This document shows, piece by piece, positions 27,410-39,033 of a stretch of DNA of 64,000 nt; the first letter of the stretch is position 1, and each line of letters begins with the position of its first letter. Source of the DNA: Trypethelium eluteriae (lineage: Eukaryota); NCBI GenBank assembly GCA_051942245.1, contig JAVECL010000045.1, forward strand, positions 1-64,000, read 5' to 3'. The position numbers were made by a program, and so were the translations under genes. Below the pieces are notes generated by a model. That model was not told the origin of the DNA, ran no database searches, and was given only the letters and a program-made list of their open reading frames with translations.

Positions 27410-28763
27410 ATGCCCAAGGCGTATTCAGGAGACATCAAGACGCAGGTCAAAGCCCTCATCGATCAGGGCCAAAATGACACCCACATCAAGGAGAAACTCA
27501 ACATTTCGAATCGCACCCTTCATCGCTGGCGTTCGAATTTACGACGGTTCAACCAGATGGATTTCCCAATGACATCTACGCCGGGTCGACCTCGAGTCCT
27601 GGGGCGGGACGCTGAAGATGTGAGTGTTCCAAGCATTTAGAAAACGACAGGGCACGTGCAGACGCGAGACTAACGCGCGGGGCATTTTTGTCCACCTAGG
27701 CCTTGTATTCCTTCCTAACAGAAGCCCCGGATGCCTGCTACACGGACATGCAGTGGTTCCTTTATGACTTCTTCGGTGTGATCGTCGACCCGCGCACCGT
27801 CCGACGAAGCTTCGAGCGGCGCAAATGGAGTCGCAAGGCGCTGAAGGCGGCTTCGATCCAAAAGAATGACTTCGCCCGCGCAGAGTGGATCTCGAGGCTA
27901 AAGGAGTATCATGCCGATCAGCTGGTATTTGTAGATGAGAGTGCGGGGAATGGGGTCACGGGGGATATGAAAAAGGGATTCTGCGAGAGAGAGGCACCGG
28001 CGATAGAGAAGAAGGAGATATCTATAGACGCTCCAACGAAAGTCGAAGAGGATCAACCAGTGATGGAGGAGCAATTGACTATGGATGCCCAATTGACGGA
28101 GACGCATGTGATTCCGCCCCCGGATGGACAGAGTGAAGGTCAAGATGATCATGATGGACAGCTCTCAAACGGACAGCTCCCAGAAGGACAACTTCCCGAA
28201 GGACAGCTCCCTTTACCAACGACTCTTCCCATACCGCCCGCTTTACCTGTAAACATGAAGAGAGATGCTCGATGGAGTGTCCTGCCTGCCTACACGATCG
28301 GCAACGGCTACCTACCTGGCTTTCTTGTCGTGCAAGGCACCGTCAACGAAGAAATGTTTGCAGAATGGTTGAGACAGCAAGTCCTACCACACTGCACGCC
28401 TTTTCCAGGCCCGCGTTGTGTGCTCGTGATGGATCCCGCTGGAATACATCAGACACAGGTAAGCTTTGCCACCTTTCTGTTTCCACTTCACTCGGTGCGA
28501 TGACGCATGCTTACTGAACTTAGGCTGTCCACGATCTCTGCAACGCTGCGGGCGTGCGCATCGAGTATCTGCCGCCCAATTCACCGGACTTCAATCCTGT
28601 GGAGCAGTCGCTGGACGATATCAAAACCGGTATCAAGACACACAAGAATGAGTTGCCGCTTCACCCTGACTTTGGCAGTTACCTGCACTCAGTCATTGAA
28701 CGAGATGTCGCACCGGGCATCAAGGCCAAGATGCACTTCAAGAATGCTTGTGTGGTGCGATGA
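27410..28763 (+). CDS. IS630/Tc1-mariner-family DD34E transposase-like gene (possibly domesticated); exons 27410-27619, 27700-28458, 28524-28763
   Basis: N-terminal HTH (IKEKLNISNRTLHRWR), GRPR linker, second HTH (VDPRTVRRSF..KWSRK), VFVDES, WSVLPAY, VLVMDPAGIH, IEYLPPNSPDFNPVE; 34 residues between second D and E after splicing; two phase-0 GT-AG introns. Confidence 0.88.
28156..28212 (+). repeat. 15-bp coding tandem repeat (~4 copies, GQLSN/GQLPE/GQLPE/GQLP)
   Basis: ggacagctctcaaac ggacagctcccagaa ggacaacttcccgaa ggacagctccct. Confidence 0.9.
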
Positions 28764-29445
28764 GTCGCGCTTACGGGCTGGTGACACTTTTTTACAAACG
28801 TTCAATCGTATGCAGCCCACAGCTATCCTATGAACAGACAGCACTCCAAGCGCTAGAAGTCTTTCTCAAAACATCCATGGGATACGGGAGAGTAGCGAGG
28901 ATCACCGAATCGTGCTCTCGTGGGCGTCGTTGGCTACATTGATAATTCAAGAGCATTCTCTTAGGGGGTCGAGGTGCATGGCCTGGTCAACTTTGCTCAA
29001 GGAACAGCATTTGCTTGCATGGTATCCTACCTGTTAGAAGGTAAACAATAAATGCATAAGACACATTCTCGCATTTCAGATACCTATGCATATATTCGTG
29101 ACAAACCATATCTCCACCAACCGAGACCAGATTAGTGCCGCGAGCTCTCGCGTTCTATGTATTATTAGCCAGATCCTTCCAGACTTTCCATCCTTCCATC
29201 ATTTCAAACATGGGGGTACTCCATAAAGTCCCTCCGTTCCTGATCTCCCCGAACAAGATCCGCCAAAATATGCAGTACACGTGACATGGCCACAAAGGCG
29301 GTGGAGAAGATTCCAAAATAAGCAACGAATGGATGAGATAAACGCCAAGATGCTGTTCATGCGTAATAATTCCAAACATCTCCTTCTCCTCTCCTCTCCC
29401 GCTCCCTGCGCCTCGCGCCCTAGTCAGAACGATTCCCCCACCCGA

Positions 29446-30455
29446 TTAAACTTCCGCGCCCTCCACCCTCGCCTGCGCCTTCCCCTTCCCACTCCCGCTG
29501 CCACTCCCCGTACTCCCGACTCCACTCTCCACACTCCGCATCGCCTCCTCCTGGTGCGGCGCGCCGTTCCCAGCACCGCCACCGGACATCTGCAAAGGCG
29601 TGCCCACACGACTACTTGACGGGTTCGCAGGTTTGGGACCGATGCCGGGTGCCCAGTCGACGGCACGCATGCCGCTTGAGGAGCCGGGCATGGTGGCGGT
29701 GGTGACGGTGGAGTTGAAGGTGCCGACGCGGCGGGCGGCGCGGCGGCGCTTCATCCGGCGCTTGAGCCAGACGCCGCCGATGGAGAAGAAGGCGATAGCG
29801 AGGATGAGGACGATGAGGAAGATGACCCATTGGTAGTGGGTAGAGATCCTGGGTTGAAGGTTAGTTGGGAAAGAGAAGAATGAGAGTGGAATGGGGGATT
29901 TGCTGATGCTCGAGATTGGAAGAAGAGCTACAGGACGAGGGGCGGGAATGGAGAGAGCGAGCGAGAACGGAGGATTTATACACACCAACTCTTATTTGTG
30001 TTTTGATCTGGTGGTGCTATTGTTGTCGTGGCCGATGCCGTCGCTACTGCACTCGTGCTACTTGCCGGTGGCGCGCTCGTCGACGATGTACCTGGTGGAA
30101 TTGTGGCTGCAGCCCCAGAATTGCAGAGCCCAGTGTACCATTGCTGGATCTTGACTAGATCACTTTGACCGCAGTTGGCGTCGCACACGCCATTCGGGCT
30201 CTGATAGAGGGTCCGTAAGTATGCGCTCTGGCAAAAGCAGCTCTGGTATTGTGCCTGGTTTGTGACGGGGGCAGCGGGAGGGACACAGGCGGATTGGGCT
30301 TGATTGAGGAGTGTGCAGCCTTGAGCACACGAGGGGAGTTGATTCGTGCCGTACTGAAGAAGCTGCTGGGTGGAAACGACTGGGAGGATGGCGAGGATGA
30401 CGAGGGCGCGGGAAAGGAGGTTCATCGGGGCGGAACGAGCGGATGGAGGAGCCAT
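29446..30455 (-). CDS. Single-pass membrane protein with Cys-rich ectodomain; exons 30455-29986, 29848-29446
   Basis: Signal peptide; LPSCAQGC...ACVPPAAP...CFCQSAYL...C...C...WYTGLC; Ser/Thr stalk; spliced SW|ISTHYQWVIFLIVLILAIAFFSIGGVWL transmembrane helix followed by basic KRRMKRRR. Confidence 0.85.
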
Positions 30456-31705
30456 AGCCAGAGACGTCGATCTGAAAGCGAGCGAAGATTCCTTTATTTT
30501 GGTGCTCAAAGAGCTGTCGTCGAAGCCGGGTAAGGGTGAGTCGATGCCATGGGGGGACGAAGTAAGATGGTGAAGGACGAGAAAGAGCGTGAAGAGGCTG
30601 TCAGGCTTCCCCGTTTAGGAGCCGTGTGGATGGGCTCAGGCTAAAGCTTTAGGGCGGAGAATTGGCTGGGATGCTAGTCGATGCTGGTCATGGCGCCACC
30701 CCTGCACCCATACACCTCACGACCTTCTTTATCGTCCAACCAGCCTCCCTTTCAATAGCGCCAATACGATAGCCTTCAGTGCCCCCTCCGTTCTTGCATG
30801 CCCGCCGCAGGTCCCCGAGAGATCTCATGAAGCTTAATCGCCAATCCATGAAATCATCCAACCCGGCACTCTCTTACTAGGGTGCACAAAGTTGTCGTGT
30901 CACGGTGTCGTCTTCATTTCACTATTACTCCGGTCTCGCCCAACACTTGCCTGAGTGCTTCGCCCACTGAGGCAGCGCCGGAAATGGCTGACAGGCTCCC
31001 AAGCCCGCCCGGCTGCAACACCGTTCTTGGCTCTTTTTACAAGGCAACGCTTTCGCACATGCCTTCCAAAAATTCGACCGAAAACCGGTCTGTCACGTGG
31101 CTCAGCTACGACTTATAATCCAGACCATCACCCCATCATTAACACCGCAATTTTGGGGCCGATGGACCATGTGTTGGACGCTTCTTCAGACCCCCTTTTC
31201 CTTGCGTGGTACCGCCCTAAATGGTGATCTTCCGGGATAACGTCAAAGATTACGTCGGTCTTGGATCTGCGCGTGTGCGGTGGGCCGCGGCATCGCGGAA
31301 TTCGTCCAATGGAGTACGGAGTACATGTGAACAATAAGAAACAGCCCAGGTGAGGAACCGGAATAGTAACCAGAATCATTGAAGGCGATAGACAATACTT
31401 TTGCGACATACTCAAGACATTGTTACGGTCGTCAATATCAGCTACAAGGTATGCAGCCAATCACGCATCGCTATCCTCCGCTACAACTTGTGCACAACGG
31501 CGGGTCACGTGGAAGGCGGACATTCAGACGAAAATAGCTAAATTGGGTAAGGTCAAACTTCCGTTCAGAATAATATATAAACATCGACAAAACATATCAT
31601 TTCGTTGTTTCTCTTTATTCGTCACGTCGAGTTCTCAACTTTCGTATCAAATTTCAACGCACTTGCCCAAGCTTTTTGTATCCAAACTAAGTCATTCCTC
31701 CAAAA

Positions 31706-32464
31706 ATGTCCACCACCAAGACAAAGGACCTCAAATCCTTCCGTGCCCTCTCCTTCGACATCTTCGGTACCCTTGTGGACGACGAATCCGGGCTCTACGA
31801 CACTCTGATGGCTACTACCCTGGTCCAATCCCTCCCGGAGTCTCACCCCCTCCGCACGTCCCGCTCAGCCCTCCTAAACCACTTCTTCCAGGTTTCCGAC
31901 GCTGCACAGCAATCACACCCAAATGAGCATCACCTTCCTCTCGCCTATACCCAGCTTTCCGAAGAGCTTGCCCCAGGACGCGACAAGGCGACCGTCGCCA
32001 CCGAAGCTGCAGCCTTCGCCTCCTGCCCCGCCACCTTCCCCGCTTTTCCTGACACCGCCGCCGCGATGCAGCTTCTCGCATCACATTACAAGCTCATTCC
32101 ACTAACTAACATGGACACTGCGACCTTCGCCGCAGTCTGCTGGGGTCCGCTGGCAGGCGTGCACTTCGACGCCGTGTACACCGCCGAAGACATCGGGAGC
32201 TACAAGCCCGACCTGCGCAACTTCGAATACCTGCTGCAACACCTGAAGGACGACTTGGGGGTCGAGAAGGGGGAGCTGCTACATGTGGCGCAGAGTCTGC
32301 ATGCGGATCACGTGCCGGCGAATCAGATGGGGTTGCGGAATTGTTATGTGGTGAGGAATTCGGTAACGGGGAAGGAGTTGGAGAGGCAACCGGAGGTGGA
32401 GTGGAAGGTGGATGGCTTGGAGGGACTGGCGAAGCTGGTGGAAGAGGCGTGGAGGGATGAGTGA
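31706..32464 (+). CDS. HAD-superfamily hydrolase, haloacid dehalogenase type II-like
   Basis: LSFDIFGTLVD, LTN, AEDIGSYKPD, LHVAQSLHADHVPA motifs. Confidence 0.92.
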   Translation: MSTTKTKDLKSFRALSFDIFGTLVDDESGLYDTLMATTLVQSLPESHPLRTSRSALLNHFFQVSDAAQQSHPNEHHLPLAYTQLSEELAPGRDKATVATEAAAFASCPATFPAFPDTAAAMQLLASHYKLIPLTNMDTATFAAVCWGPLAGVHFDAVYTAEDIGSYKPDLRNFEYLLQHLKDDLGVEKGELLHVAQSLHADHVPANQMGLRNCYVVRNSVTGKELERQPEVEWKVDGLEGLAKLVEEAWRDE

Positions 32465-32954
32465 AAGAGTGGAAGAAGGACTACCGGGAAGGGTAATCTG
32501 AAAACATTCACGATAGCCTTGAGAGAGGACTTGAGGCGCTGGCTTTGTTAATTATTGCAGACATGACTAATGACCCTTTGAACACGGCGTCGTTGTTTGG
32601 ACGACAAACAATTTTTACATTCACCTCGAGCTCCCTTGTGTCGAAGCTGGACAAAGCATTGTACCTGATTTTCTTTCTCCTCCACGATGTTTTCTTCAAG
32701 TATCACGTTTCGGCTGAAGATCTCGGCTTTCGATTCGCCTACAAACAACCCCCGAATCACGTATTCTGTGACTAAAGATGCGTAAAAGTGGATCTTGGAG
32801 CGTATTTGAGGTATTCTATAGCCCCCCTCACCCCGCAGAGTTTCATTCCTGTTGCAACACACCTCGATCGTCTTCCTGGTAGAAGGCAGATTGCTAGAGA
32901 AAGTCTCCATTTGTCCAATATACCTATCTCTCAAACCCCCGTGCTTCTTCTAAC

Positions 32955-35774
32955 ATGACCAACAACCCCAACCACTACCATTCGCAGGATCGCTTCGGCC
33001 TCTCTCCAATTCAGAATAATATCAGGGAAAGTCCTCATTCTGACCCAATTCGGTCTCCTTCACAAGACGTGACAATGACGGATGTGGAATCAGCCGTTTC
33101 CCATCAAGGTGGAGAAGAGGGAAGAGAGTGTGAAGTGCGCCCAGACGAGGAAGCCAGTGAGGAAGAAGACCAGGACGACGAGGATGGTGACTATAGCAGT
33201 GACGAAGAAGACAAAGATACCGAAGACGAAGACGAGTATGGCGAAGACGATGCGGAGATGATGGATATCGATTCCGAGCCCGTCAGAATCAACTTTCAAC
33301 CGTCTGCTGACCTGAGTGAGGCGGACAGTCGATTGGGAGCGCTCATTAGCGCTGTGCAAAACAGCGCAATGACCGATGAGAACATACATCGGATACTCAT
33401 GGACTCGGGCATGCAGAGTATCGGCGATATGTACTACCTGGTATCGGGTACGGTTCCTACACTCGACGGCAATGATCATGTCGAAGAAGAAGACGAATAT
33501 AACGACACTGACGAAGATGAGGCTGATGAGAGGGGGTTTGATGCTCCTTACACACAGTCCGATGATCTGACCGAGGCAAACCAAATGTTCGATCAGTTGG
33601 CTATCGCTTTGCTCAACGGCGAAATGACCGAAGACCGCCTTGAGCAGTCACTCAATAGATTGGATCCCCGGATAGTGTTCGACATGATCCGCGCAGCAGA
33701 GAACCGCTTTTCCGTTCTACAAGGACGTCATGATAATGCTGGGCAAAGAGCAATGGCGGGAGCCCTTGCAACGGGGCGATACATAAGAGCCCCAGGAGAG
33801 TATCTATTCTTGCGAGAACTCGAACAACAGGCCGCCCATCGTAGCCAGACTCACTTCGAAGGTCGTGTCGATCTAAATATTCAGTACACGGCTCACTCGC
33901 TCGGGGATTCCTTGCCAGGCCTGGGCTGGGCCGTCAGTCACTGCTTTTCACGCACTGCTGTAAGGATCCCGGTCAGACTGGGTGGTCTCGATCTCGTAGC
34001 CGAGTGTTTCAGGCGGGAAGGCGAGCTTTTTTCCTGGCACCAGGCGATTTCCCAGTACATTGAACAAGCCGGGCAGAGGCTTGTCGAAGAGATGCTATTT
34101 CAGCACTGTCCATCGGATCCAAGGAACAGACCTGTAACGTCCCGTGGAATTCATTACGATACCATCTTGCCTGACCATCGGCGGCGCCCAATGTTTGACG
34201 GTGAATCGAAATCCTTGCCAGCTCTGTGCAGAATAGAGGCCGATAACGTCAGTTGGGGTCGGATCCAACCACAACAGATGGTATTTCAAGAACTTTATGA
34301 TACGGGCTTGCTTCCCTCGGCTAGAACACTTAAGGAGTCACTCCCAGGAATAGACGCGGCGATTCAAGCCGTCTTCGGGCTTTTCCAGACGACTCGGCCC
34401 ATCAACGTCGAATATTTGGATTACTTGGCTGAGCACGGAATAGTACAACGAGGAGTTCTGCAAACTAAAGCCGCTGACAGTGAAGCTTGGGTCGATGCGC
34501 TCGAGTATGCAATTGGAGATACAAGCAAACAAGAGGTTGACGATGAGCTGTTCACCGACTGGGAGGATCCGCTACCTCCTGAGGTAACCCCTACAGAGCA
34601 ACAACTCCTTCACTTCATCTTATCCCGTGATAGGGATTTATCAGACCGCTTCCGCGTTATATTCAAGTCTATGTACGCAGCGCATCGCGAGCACGACGAT
34701 CGCAGAGAGGTGCAGGAAGCTTCTGAACAGCTGCGTGCCATCGTTCAGCGCCAAATCCAGTCAATCGGAATTCTGCCACCCACGGTATATTTCCCACAGA
34801 CTCTTGAGCTCTACGAAGCCGATGACGAGGCCCGCAGGCTCGCAGCAGAGGATGATGCCGCTGGGGAGAGAGAGCGTCGCCCTCGCCCACCTCTAACAGA
34901 GGACCACGACTGTTGCGACGACTATAGTGAAGAAGCAGCTTTCAGAGAAGATGACCGCGCCTGGAATATGCGGCTAGAAGAACTGAGCAACCAGCCTCCT
35001 GATGCAAGGTTCGTCAATACGTGGTTCCTGCTTATGTCACAGAGACTGGCCGAAGATGATACAGAAGAAGAACGATGGAGACAATGGGGCGGAATACAGA
35101 GAAGATTACAGCGCCTCAACAGCGACGCTCTGTACCGGGTTGCATTCCGTAACATGACCGAAGGGGTCAGTGTGGTAGATCCACTACGTGTAGAGGAGAG
35201 ACGACAACGAGACCAGTGCGCCAATAGCCAACAAGAGACATTAGTCGCCCAAGAAAGTATACCACCGCCGGAGGCTGATAGCATGACTCAAGCCGAACGA
35301 CTAGACTTCCTCGCAGCTGAGTATGCCCGAATATCGCAGCGCGACTGGCACAACTACGTGGAGGTCCTCCAAAACGCGCCTCGAGAGGTCCGCGACCGAG
35401 TGGCCGAACATGAAGATTCCTGGAGAGATGGCCGGATAGCCTCCTGGAATAATGGGCTGGGCTGTTTCGAAACACCAGCTCAGAATCTGGTCCGAGAATT
35501 CCACGAGAACGAAAACCTTGAGCGAGCCATGAGAGGCCAATTACCGATGATGTACATGGAATACGAACTTGAAATTGCTCGCTTCTATGATACTTGGTCA
35601 CACCACCGGATGCACGAGTATGATTTGAATTTGAGCCTTCGAGTGGATGGGCCCGATAGGGCATTGGGAGCGCCTGGGTCAGATGGACCGCAGGTTGTGA
35701 GCGTCACCCTACCAGAGTCCATGGGTGGCATGACTCTTCGCTTCGGAGAAGATTCAGCTTCACTCTTTTCGTAG
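32955..35774 (+). CDS. Large intronless acidic hypothetical protein (939 aa)
   Basis: 2.8-kb uninterrupted ATG-initiated ORF with Asp/Glu tracts and helical-looking segments; no domain recognised. Confidence 0.8.
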   Translation: MTNNPNHYHSQDRFGLSPIQNNIRESPHSDPIRSPSQDVTMTDVESAVSHQGGEEGRECEVRPDEEASEEEDQDDEDGDYSSDEEDKDTEDEDEYGEDDAEMMDIDSEPVRINFQPSADLSEADSRLGALISAVQNSAMTDENIHRILMDSGMQSIGDMYYLVSGTVPTLDGNDHVEEEDEYNDTDEDEADERGFDAPYTQSDDLTEANQMFDQLAIALLNGEMTEDRLEQSLNRLDPRIVFDMIRAAENRFSVLQGRHDNAGQRAMAGALATGRYIRAPGEYLFLRELEQQAAHRSQTHFEGRVDLNIQYTAHSLGDSLPGLGWAVSHCFSRTAVRIPVRLGGLDLVAECFRREGELFSWHQAISQYIEQAGQRLVEEMLFQHCPSDPRNRPVTSRGIHYDTILPDHRRRPMFDGESKSLPALCRIEADNVSWGRIQPQQMVFQELYDTGLLPSARTLKESLPGIDAAIQAVFGLFQTTRPINVEYLDYLAEHGIVQRGVLQTKAADSEAWVDALEYAIGDTSKQEVDDELFTDWEDPLPPEVTPTEQQLLHFILSRDRDLSDRFRVIFKSMYAAHREHDDRREVQEASEQLRAIVQRQIQSIGILPPTVYFPQTLELYEADDEARRLAAEDDAAGERERRPRPPLTEDHDCCDDYSEEAAFREDDRAWNMRLEELSNQPPDARFVNTWFLLMSQRLAEDDTEEERWRQWGGIQRRLQRLNSDALYRVAFRNMTEGVSVVDPLRVEERRQRDQCANSQQETLVAQESIPPPEADSMTQAERLDFLAAEYARISQRDWHNYVEVLQNAPREVRDRVAEHEDSWRDGRIASWNNGLGCFETPAQNLVREFHENENLERAMRGQLPMMYMEYELEIARFYDTWSHHRMHEYDLNLSLRVDGPDRALGAPGSDGPQVVSVTLPESMGGMTLRFGEDSASLFS

Positions 35775-36749
35775 ATGTCAATCTGTGACAAAATATCGAA
35801 GTTTTTTGCCTGCTTGAACTACAGGGTTTCCAGCCAAGAATAAGGATACGACAATACTATAAAGATAGATCGATAAATTGATAAAATTCCGAGTAGCCTA
35901 ACGACAGCCAATACCATTTTCGTAGCATCATCCTCCCGTGAACGATGTTTTATAATAACTGTAGAGAGAGCGGAAATTTGATAAAGCCGTTCGGAAGCCG
36001 CTTTCCCAACACAAGGCACCAGTCATATGGAGGTTGGTGATATAAACCGCTGCGTGGCTATCAGAGAAAATCTGGTCCCATATCAGGATAGAGGACGATA
36101 AGGTACTAAACTCTCTGGTGGACATGTGGGAGTGACGTCGGGCCAAGGCTAAGAGACGGCACCAAGCACAAGGTGGGCACCGGTGGGCTGGCGGGTTAGG
36201 AGCACCGTGGGTTGCAGCTGCCACAATCAAAAAAGACCAGCAGAGGATTCGCTGCGCTATGGCCCAGATAGGCCTAAAGCAGGATTCTCCGCGCCCTCGC
36301 CAGTCCCTGTCCACTAGTGAGTTGTGGAGGAGGCTGGGCTGGGGACCTGGGGTGGGGTTTTTGCTTTGGAAGACTCTTCGACCGCACAATCGAGTTCGCA
36401 AGAGCGTGACTTACACCAAGAACGCCCAATCCTTTGCTGCGTAATAACGCACGGGTGAGTGCTACGCACCTTCAGTACCTAACTAGAGAGACGGCTCGGC
36501 CGATTCTCACACCACCATGGGTTACGCGATTCGGCGAGTTCCACTCACTCGGTTCCCTTCCTTGCTGGTGTCGATCAAGAGCTAGCAAGATAAATCTGCT
36601 CGCTCTCCCCGTGATTTGAGTGGCTCGACATTTCAACCTTCCACCCGCTGTTCACTTAGGCTTTGACTCTGATTGTCTCCGCCATCGAATTCGGTACCCT
36701 GTCCCTGTGTTGATAGGCAATCTCTCGAGTACTCTTGAAGGCCATCGAT

Positions 36750-38622
36750 ATGGAGAGTAAATCTGAGCCCGTACCACCTAGGTACGAAGAGTCAAAAAGT
36801 GCCTTTCCCCAAAACAACGAAGATGCGGAATTGGGTTCTGATGCGGATTCCTTACAAAAGGGCGACGTGCTTTCACTCGAATCCGTCGACCCTGTACTCA
36901 ATGCCAAGATGCACATGGTGAACAACGTACGTAGCCGCTTGCGACAGAATGCCCATACGCGACTGAGGGATGTATGTAGACGATCGATGAAATTGGCTTC
37001 ACTCCATACCATGGAAAGCTCTTCATTCTCAACGGTTTCGGGTATTTCATCATCCTCATTCTTTATCATCTGATCCGCTACTGATTCCATGCCTTCGGGT
37101 GATATAGCTATGCCGTCGATTCACTTATACTTTTGATCCAATCGATCATTGCCCAACAGGCATCGTATGAATTCAATCCTTCATGGACAAAAGGTCTGAC
37201 CGCTGCCGTCTACGTTGGCATGCTCGTGGGCGCCCTGTTCTGGGGGCTGTCTGCCGATATTATTGGCAGAAAATTCGCATTTAACTTCAGCCTGATGGTC
37301 TGCTCCATCTTTGCCATCATTGCAGGAGCCTCGCCGAACTGGATTGTGCTCGGTCTTTTCGCCTGCCTGAGCGCTTTTGGTGGAGGCGGAAATCTCGTCC
37401 TGGACACAGCAGTCTTCTTAGAATACCTGCCGGGCAAGCAACAATGGCTGATCACAATGATGGCAGCCTGGTGGGGTCTGGGACAGCTAATTGCTGGACT
37501 TTTTGCTTGGGCATATCTTCCGAACTTCTCCTGCTCCTCTGTTGCGACTTGCACCTACCACAACAACAAGGGCTGGAGGTATGTGTGGTACTCCTGTGGT
37601 GCCCTGGTTTTCGTAATGTCTGTGCTGCGAATCACGGTCATCCGTTTGAAAGAAACCCCCAAGTTTCTCCTTGGAGAAGGCAAGGACGAGGAGGTCGTCG
37701 AAGTCCTTACCGGCATTGCAGCCAAGTACAACCGTCCTTGTTCCCTAACCGTTGAGCGATTGCAAGCTTGTGGCCTTAGCGGAGCTGAGCGCCGGGCATC
37801 CGTGAGCGCGCATGCTGTGTCGAAATGGTCTCCGAGGGAGATCTGGGTCCATCTTGCGGGCCTTTACGCAACCAAGCGCATCGGATTGAGTACGACCTTG
37901 ATCTGGTTTTCCTGGCTTCTTATTGGCTTGGCATATCCACTATACAACGTCTACCTGCCCTTGTATCTTGAAAGTAGAGGTGCTCAGACCGGCGATTCAA
38001 GCGAATACCTCACTTGGAGAAACTATGCCATCGTCAATGTGTGTGGTATTTTTGGCCCCGTCCTCGCAGGAATCATGTGTGCAAGTCGTTGGTTCTGGGG
38101 TAGACGTGGAACCATGGTACAGGCTTCCGTCCGCTTCCATCAAATATCATTCGCTAATGTCTTTCCAAGATCTTCGGAGCCCTCATTACCATGGTATTCT
38201 TCTTCGCATTCACACAGGTCCGGACGGGAGCGCAGAACCTTGGCTTCAACTGTGCGATTTCCTTTTGCCTGGTAAGAAGATCCAATCGGCTCCCTTTCTT
38301 GTCTTTGTTGGCGCACTGACTGGAGTTTTAGAACATCTATTATGGAACATTATATGCGTACACCCCCGAAGTTCTTCCGTCAGCTCATCGTGGTACAGGC
38401 AACGGGATAGCAATTGGGTTCAATCGTGTCATGGGCATTGTCAGTGCTATTGTGGCGACATTCGCGAATGTAAGCGCACGTCAAGCAATCACAGTTTCAT
38501 CATTAACTTCGCTCTAGACTGCAACGTCGGTACCAATTTACATCTGTGCAGCTCTCTATATCGTCATGGCCATCGTCGCAGGCGCCTTTCCCTTTGAGCC
38601 CTACGGACGACGAAGTTCATGA
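36750..38622 (+). CDS. MFS transporter (sugar-porter/SV2-like fungal family), multi-exon
   Basis: AKMHMVNN|TIDEIGFTPYHGKLFILNGFG|YAVDS, ADIIGRK, GGNLVLDTAVFLEYLP, ETPKFL, YAYTPEVLPSAHRGTG, end PFEPYGRRSS*; introns 36927-36979, 37042-37107 and three more in the 3' part. Confidence 0.92.
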
Positions 38623-39033
38623 AGCTGCTTCAGATCTATGTGATTAAAGGCATTAAATTGCAAAAATGATTTTCTGAAACACAGATACCCACTTCGCTCT
38701 TGGCATCTCAAAGCGAATGTAATCGCTCGTACAGAATCAACTATTCTGCGCTTACCGCAAGGCACGTGGCTGCACTATTCTTATGCTTTATAACTCGCGA
38801 CTGTCTTGTGCGTACGTGTATCAAGTCATTGGAATCGATGGTGGAAAACTTAGCGAATGCGGCAGTCAGCGTTTCGCAGGCAAGTACCAAATGTTCCAGG
38901 CCCCAACGAGCCTCCATTTCCGCGCGGCAGCATCTCATGAATGCAACAAGCATGAATGGATGAGACAATGTGAACTTAGTCTTCCTTTCAACCCCAGTAT
39001 AAACCGTCTTGTTTCTTAGTCAAATAGAACCAA

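Noticed and set aside
26400..29400. Search for TIRs and for a Fanzor/TnpB-like cargo gene beside the transposase
   Set aside because: No inverted terminal repeats and no RuvC/zinc-finger ORF visible by eye; a computational scan is still needed.
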